64,000 nucleotides of DNA from Antedon mediterranea (lineage: Eukaryota; Animalia; Echinodermata). Below, one piece after another: positions 37,701-64,000 of this stretch (position 1 is the first letter of the stretch; every line of letters starts with the position of its first letter). A program made the position numbers and the translations under genes. The notes below the pieces were generated by a model. That model was given only the letters and a program-made list of their open reading frames with translations, did not search any database and was not told where the DNA came from. The DNA lies in contig NC_092672.1 in NCBI RefSeq assembly GCF_964355755.1, forward strand, positions 62,001 to 126,000. The letters run 5' to 3'.

Positions 37701-38708
37701 ACCCATTTTTACTCAACTTACATACGGTTAAGTATGTTAACACTCACTAGTTCAAAAAAGGCGGCTTTGTTCCTTGGTGGCTCTTCATTTTTCTCTCTAT
37801 ATTGAAAAAAAAACCCCTTTTTAATAAATTAGGTGTGTACGAGACACGTACTATTGTTTACATAGAGCAAATACACCGTCCAACTTAATAGACAAGTTAA
37901 ATATTAAACTGCTCGTTTTAAGAAGATGACCTTTGGAACTTTACTGTCTGATAACCACTTCTGATATACCTGGATACGCCATTAATTCTAGACCCAAACC
38001 AATTTTTGGGCAAATATGTCCGTGCAATGAATGGAATACACGTCTTAAAGGAGCCCTTCTCTGCAATTAAATTTCTCAATGCCTCCTTATAAGCCTATCT
38101 TAATCACGGGAATAATCCTCTGTTTTTCTATTGATTTGCAGTCACTAAACAATAATATGCAAGAGCGGCCACTCCGTATCAATAGTATATATTAATTAGA
38201 TTTAACTTTATATGAAAACAATTGTATTAATAAATACACACACTCCCGGCCAGAACCTCCCTCGCACAACATTACATCATCATTCGTAAACAATGTAGCA
38301 TCGATATCATAACAAAAAATGCCAAAATACAGGGTATACTCTGGCGAACCATTATCTACGAAGGTACAACACATTAAAACAAACAAATGCATAGAAATTA
38401 AATAAATAATTAAGAGAAGACGTATTAAGAGAGACAATTTGCCACCTGAAACCACGTGTCCAGTATGCAGGAATTATAAGAAATAAAAAAAGAAAAGGAG
38501 AAATCAACAAAAAATGTGTTTATAGTGATGTTACATGATCTTACCCCTGCTTCTGACCGTCTTTGATTTCCACTTCAATGTCGTCAGATTTCCCATTTGG
38601 CAGTTTGTGATGAGCATTTACATCCTCTTTGATTGCTCCATAGTCATAATTTTCCTCTTTCACCATGTTTCCGTTGTCTAGCAACCCCTTCGATTCTGAC
38701 GCTGTCAT
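28755..38708 (-). CDS. ABCB1: ABCB1/P-glycoprotein (MDR1)-like full ABC transporter, ~25 coding exons
   Basis: TMD-NBD-TMD-NBD layout: [32 protein letters not shown], Walker [10 protein letters not shown] and [17 protein letters not shown] twice, [15 protein letters not shown] twice, [15 protein letters not shown] twice, IAHRLSTI twice. Likely start MTASESKG at 38708; stop TAA at 28755-28757. Canonical splice sites except one GC donor. Exact paralog (ABCB1/4/5-like) cannot be resolved here. Confidence 0.93.
29702..29757. mobile_element. Very short internally deleted MITE relic
   Basis: Imperfect TIRs aagctctgtctacact / agtttagacaaggctt in an ABCB1 intron. Confidence 0.4.
35097..35198 (-). 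other. GC-AG intron in ABCB1
   Basis: AAAGAG/GCAAGT ... TTAG/GTAT restores [15 protein letters not shown]. Confidence 0.82.
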
Positions 38709-39867
38709 GTTGGAAAGAATAATTAACGTTTGCAGCTTTGAAGTTCACGGTGTTTGATCAAAATGGTGATGTGTACCGAATTCACTTAGGATCTATTGCA
38801 ATTGACCCGACCAATGATGATCCCGTGACTAATGGTTATGATATCATAGCCTATTTTTAGGTATGATAAGCGATTTTACATTTGTGATAGATTTAGTAAG
38901 AAAAAAATAAATACTGTTTATCGGATAAGAGAATTCACCAACCGGATGCGGCGGATACAATTATACTACGCTTGAGGGTTGTTGCACTCTTACTTCTAAC
39001 TCTAACCACCCCACCACACCACACCACACCCCAATCCCCTTCGCCCATCAGCACCTTTCTATTATTAAAAAATAAGATCACTCTCACTGTACTCAAAATG
39101 ATTAAACCTTTCCTGTTTCCATCCATGCACTGAGACGAATTAATTATAAAAATAGCACGACGCGTGTTCAAATTAATTAACTATTATATTTTCACTCACG
39201 AGTAAATAAATAAATTCAATGCGAATTCTTACCTATCTGACAATACGTTGATCAGGAATGTTCATAGACACAGCGGAGACTAAACCTTCCCTCCGTTATA
39301 TAAACGTACAAGTAATAATCAATGAATATTGCGTCCGAAGTTCATTATTAAAATACTACCTCCTAATGTCATCTTGAGTGGCTACATCGGCTGCTAATAT
39401 AAACACATTATAATTTATGATAGCAGAGTGAAAGTCACACTCCTAAAGTATATCTTTCCAATGATTTAAAAAAAGCGGACATGTAATTTAGATCAATATG
39501 TTTTATGTATAAGAAGAGAAACACAGAGAATGTCTAAAATGGTACGATTTTAGATTTGTATTATGAAACCCAATTACGCATAAATCGGATCATTTTGTTC
39601 AGCAACTTCTCTGATCTCACTGATTTCGAAAGGAACGGAGTCAACGAAGTTATGCACATAAATTTTCTGCCAAATAAATTATTAACTTGATTTTATCTTA
39701 ACCGAGCTTGGGCGGATCTAGAACGATTTTGAGAGGGATGATGAGAACGAAAAGAAGACTGGGGGAAAGCTAGACTGAGGGAAAGCTAGACTGAGGGACG
39801 GGGGTCGCCAGGGCCATCGGTAATCGAGCTCGAACTAATAAGCCTAAATAATTTTGTTGTCCTATTT

Positions 39868-40017
39868 TCTCTTTCGTCCCCCCCCCCTCTCTCTCTCTCC
39901 CCCTCTCTCTCTCTCTCTCTCTCTCCTCACCTCTCTCTCCTCTTCCCCCACCCCCATCTCTCTCTCTCTCTCTTCCCCCCCCCCCTCCTCACTCTCTCTC
40001 CCTCTCTCCTCCTTCCT
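39868..40017. repeat. (CT)n / polypyrimidine microsatellite upstream of ABCB1
   Basis: Almost pure C/T tract of ~150 nt. Confidence 0.9.
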
Positions 40018-41995
40018 ATTTTTTTGCTGGAGGTGGAACTGGAATTAGGTAATGTCATAATTTTGAAAGAAATAGAGACATACAATATATCATTTTAGTA
40101 TTGCGTACCTTGCGTATATTAACAACAAGCTTTTAACCTAAAAATAATGAATGAACTGTATACTATAAACCATTACATTTAAAGACTTACTAAAATATGG
40201 TAGATGTAATACTTAACTACAGTTTTACAGTTATTAAACGTTTTCCATCAGTAGGTAGTTATTAATAAGTAATTACATCACAATTATTGTTTGTGGTTTG
40301 ACATTACAGCACTCCAATGGTATGCTTTGGCCTTATTCATAAAACATGAACCTCAAACTACAAACTTAAATTAAAAGATGTTTACTCCGCCGAGAGTTTT
40401 AATATATTACCAGTCTGCAGTCCATATGTTGTTGCTGTTGTATTAATATTGTATTTTTGTATATTATATAAAGAGCTTTTTATGTTATATTTTGTGTATA
40501 TTGTACATTGATAACGAAATAAAGAATAACTGAATGATTGAAAATATACCATTATTGACTTGAAAAACGTGGTATTAAATTGGTTAGTTAAATTGGCACA
40601 CTTGAAAGAACAGAATGGAATGAATATATATATTATACACTACAATACTACACTAAATGTTAGGTATAAAACAGTAGAAAGCATGTGGATTGCATAATTC
40701 CAGCATAATCTATTTGCTGTGATGGTTATCTGTGATCGTATCAACGCCATATTTGAGCATAACACTGTACTGGGTGAACGAACTATTACTGAACCAACTG
40801 TATGTACATAAGCTAAACTTATTTAGATACGGTTTTTCGCACCATATAAGGAGATTCAATCAACATTCAAACAATACACTCTGTACATTAAGTACATAAG
40901 CCTCATGTGTTAGTGTTATTGTCTATATTCTTAAGTGTTGTTGAATAATTCTCCTGCAGCCTGAGTTTAGTAAAAAGTTTTAGTAAACAATAAATTACTC
41001 ACACTACAATTTATATCTGTATATTTTAGGATAATTTAATAATAATAATTATATTGTTAACTTGTTGCTTCAAGAATTCATTTATTAAAACAGTGCCTTC
41101 TCACTATTTTAAATCATCACAGTTAAATGATAATATCATAAAAATGATAAAAATTTGCACAAATTAATATGCATCCTTGCACATATATAAAAGTATCAAA
41201 CGAAATACTTAAAGCTTAAATATTTTTAAATAGACATCTGGATATCAAAAATAGTCCAATCAATCACTTTAATGATAAACCATCACTGGAGTCATATGGA
41301 TAGTATTAAACACCCACAATATACGCCAAATTCAATACCCCACTGCACCAATTCAATAATGCACCAAACCCATATTATGGATATCTAAACGCAACCATTA
41401 CAGTGATGCATCTTAGATATGTAATCATACTTCATTTCACAAACCACCGGAATATCTCAACCCCACTTATTCTAACCCAGTATTAGTCTGTACACAGTAT
41501 ATCACTAGCTGTTATTGTCAGGTACACAGTATATACAGTACTTTCTACATTGTTACCACTTTGATTTCTGTTCAATTTATCTGGATTGTTGGTAGCCATG
41601 TTGGTGAAATCTCAACCCCACTTATTCTAACCCACTATTAGTCTGTACACAGTATATCACTAGCTGTTATTGTCAGGTACACAGTTTATACAGTACTTTC
41701 TACATTGTTACCACTTTGATTTCTGTTCAATTTATCTGGATTGTTGGTAGCCATGTTGGTGAAATCTCAACCCCACTTATTCTAACCCAGTATTAGTCTG
41801 TACACAGTATATCACTAGCTGTTATTGTCAGGTACACAGTATATACAGTACTTTCTACATTGTTACCACTTTGATTTCTGTTCAATTTATCTGGATTGTT
41901 GGTAGCCATGTTGGTGAAATCTCAACCCCACTTATTCTAACCCACTATTAGTCTGTACACAGTATATCACTAGCTGTTATTGTCAGGTACACAGT

Positions 41996-62704
<20,709 letters not shown>

Positions 62705-63037
62705 CTATATATTAAAATTAAATGAATGAATGTAAAAATAGACCTTAGCTAGGCTAGATACTGGTACTGGTACTGGTTCAAATAACCGGCTCACAGAGAC
62801 ATCTGGTAGCCATTGACTTGAAGTTGGCATTTGGATGTGTTACTTTTAAATGTAGGCCTACAGTATGAGAGTGACTACTACCAAATTACACAGTCACAAA
62901 ACAACTTATAAAACAGTTCATATATACAGTTAAAACATTGCTGGGAATTATAAATTTCTGTTGATAGTATGGTACCTGTATTTTTGCGTAGACTACTAGT
63001 ATTAATGTTGCTATTTAAAAAAAAACATTATCCAAAC

Positions 63038-63200
63038 CAGGGCCGTAGCCAGGATCTGTCAAGGGGGGGTTCGGACACTAAGTATTTGGGTTACCCCCCC
63101 ACCCCCCTCCTGGGGGTGGGGGTGGAGGTGGGGCCTGAGGCGAAGCGAATTTTGTTAAATGACACCCCTAGATGGCCGGAAAAGACACTCTCATGCAGCA
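63038..63200 (+). mobile_element. Dispersed repeat fragment beginning CAGGGCCGTAGCCAGGATCTGTC
   Basis: First ~65 bp match 15847-15914 in opposite orientation; no second TIR found. Confidence 0.55.
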
Positions 63201-63232
63201 AAACGATCGTACTTGGACTCGTGGACTATTTA

Positions 63233-63450
63233 AAGCTTGGTTCCCACTAGCGACGCAACGTAACGCAATCTAAGCAACATAAGCAAATGCCCTTCCAATA
63301 ATAATAATTGTGTTTTCCCCCGCCTGCGTGAAATTAAACCTACGACGTTTGCAGCACTATTGCGTCGTCGGTTCCCACTTATGATTACGTAATACAGCAC
63401 TTTGCATCGATACGTTGCTACGTTGCGTTCTAGTGGGAAGAACCACGCTT
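63233..63450. mobile_element. Short MITE (Harbinger-like) with imperfect TIRs
   Basis: aagcttggttcccactagcgacgcaacgta ... tacgttgcgttctagtgggaagaaccacgctt, flanked by TTA/TAA. Confidence 0.7.
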
Positions 63451-64000
63451 TAAGGACGATAACATTTGTTGCCGTATGTTAGATGCGCGTGCTGTGTGCG
63501 GAACCGCCGATTGTTTGATAATTCAGTCGGTATTTTGTTTTGCGTTCAAGTTCAATGCGAACGTACGTCTAAGAGAAGCCCAAAGCACACTGGGTGAAGG
63601 CAAATGCAATTCTTATTATAGCTCTATCTATAATATTTATTTACAGCAATTTGTTGATGAAATTAAATATGCCAATGTAAATAGGTGTTATTGATACAGT
63701 TTTGAGTATGTATCGGCTGGTGGTGGTCTAGAAAAAAATAATCGGATGCCATAATGTGAACTACAGTACATGATACCATAGATATTATAGTGTAATATAT
63801 TAATAATTCACTATAATCCTCTATGATGATGATACATTATACTCAAAGCCACACATAAATACTAATGTACGTTGGAAGGCTATATACTTTATGCATGCTG
63901 ACTGCCAGTGATCTAAACAATAGGTACGCAGTTGTCGGGCGGTGTTCTTTGTACGAATCGTTCGTGCCCCAGCTCGCTCTGAGACGCGTCAATATCATGT

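Overview
AT-rich metazoan genomic DNA, not prokaryotic. Repeat style suggests an invertebrate deuterostome, plausibly an echinoderm/crinoid (inference only). Three multi-exon genes lie on the minus strand: strawberry notch homolog (SBNO1/sno, CDS ~1209-20010), a full-length ABCB1/P-glycoprotein-like transporter (~28755-38708), and an ACAP/centaurin-beta Arf-GAP (~41996-62704; first coding exon outside the window). Roughly 18-19 kb is made of locally derived tandem arrays, each with its own unit (26-155 bp). Six arrays copy an exon boundary: splice donors, an acceptor, or the stop codon. One has head-to-head telomeric TTAGGG/CCCTAA filler at each unit junction. Other features: a decayed Transib (RAG1-related) transposon with RSS-like ends and a 5-bp TSD; a 206-bp-arm perfect palindrome carrying two divergent tRNA-like genes (anticodon ATC) among (TA)n tracts; several MITEs; a LINE remnant; one U12-type intron; three GC-AG introns. 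Most long entries in the ORF track are repeat artefacts. Exon coordinates were read by eye and may be off by a few bases.
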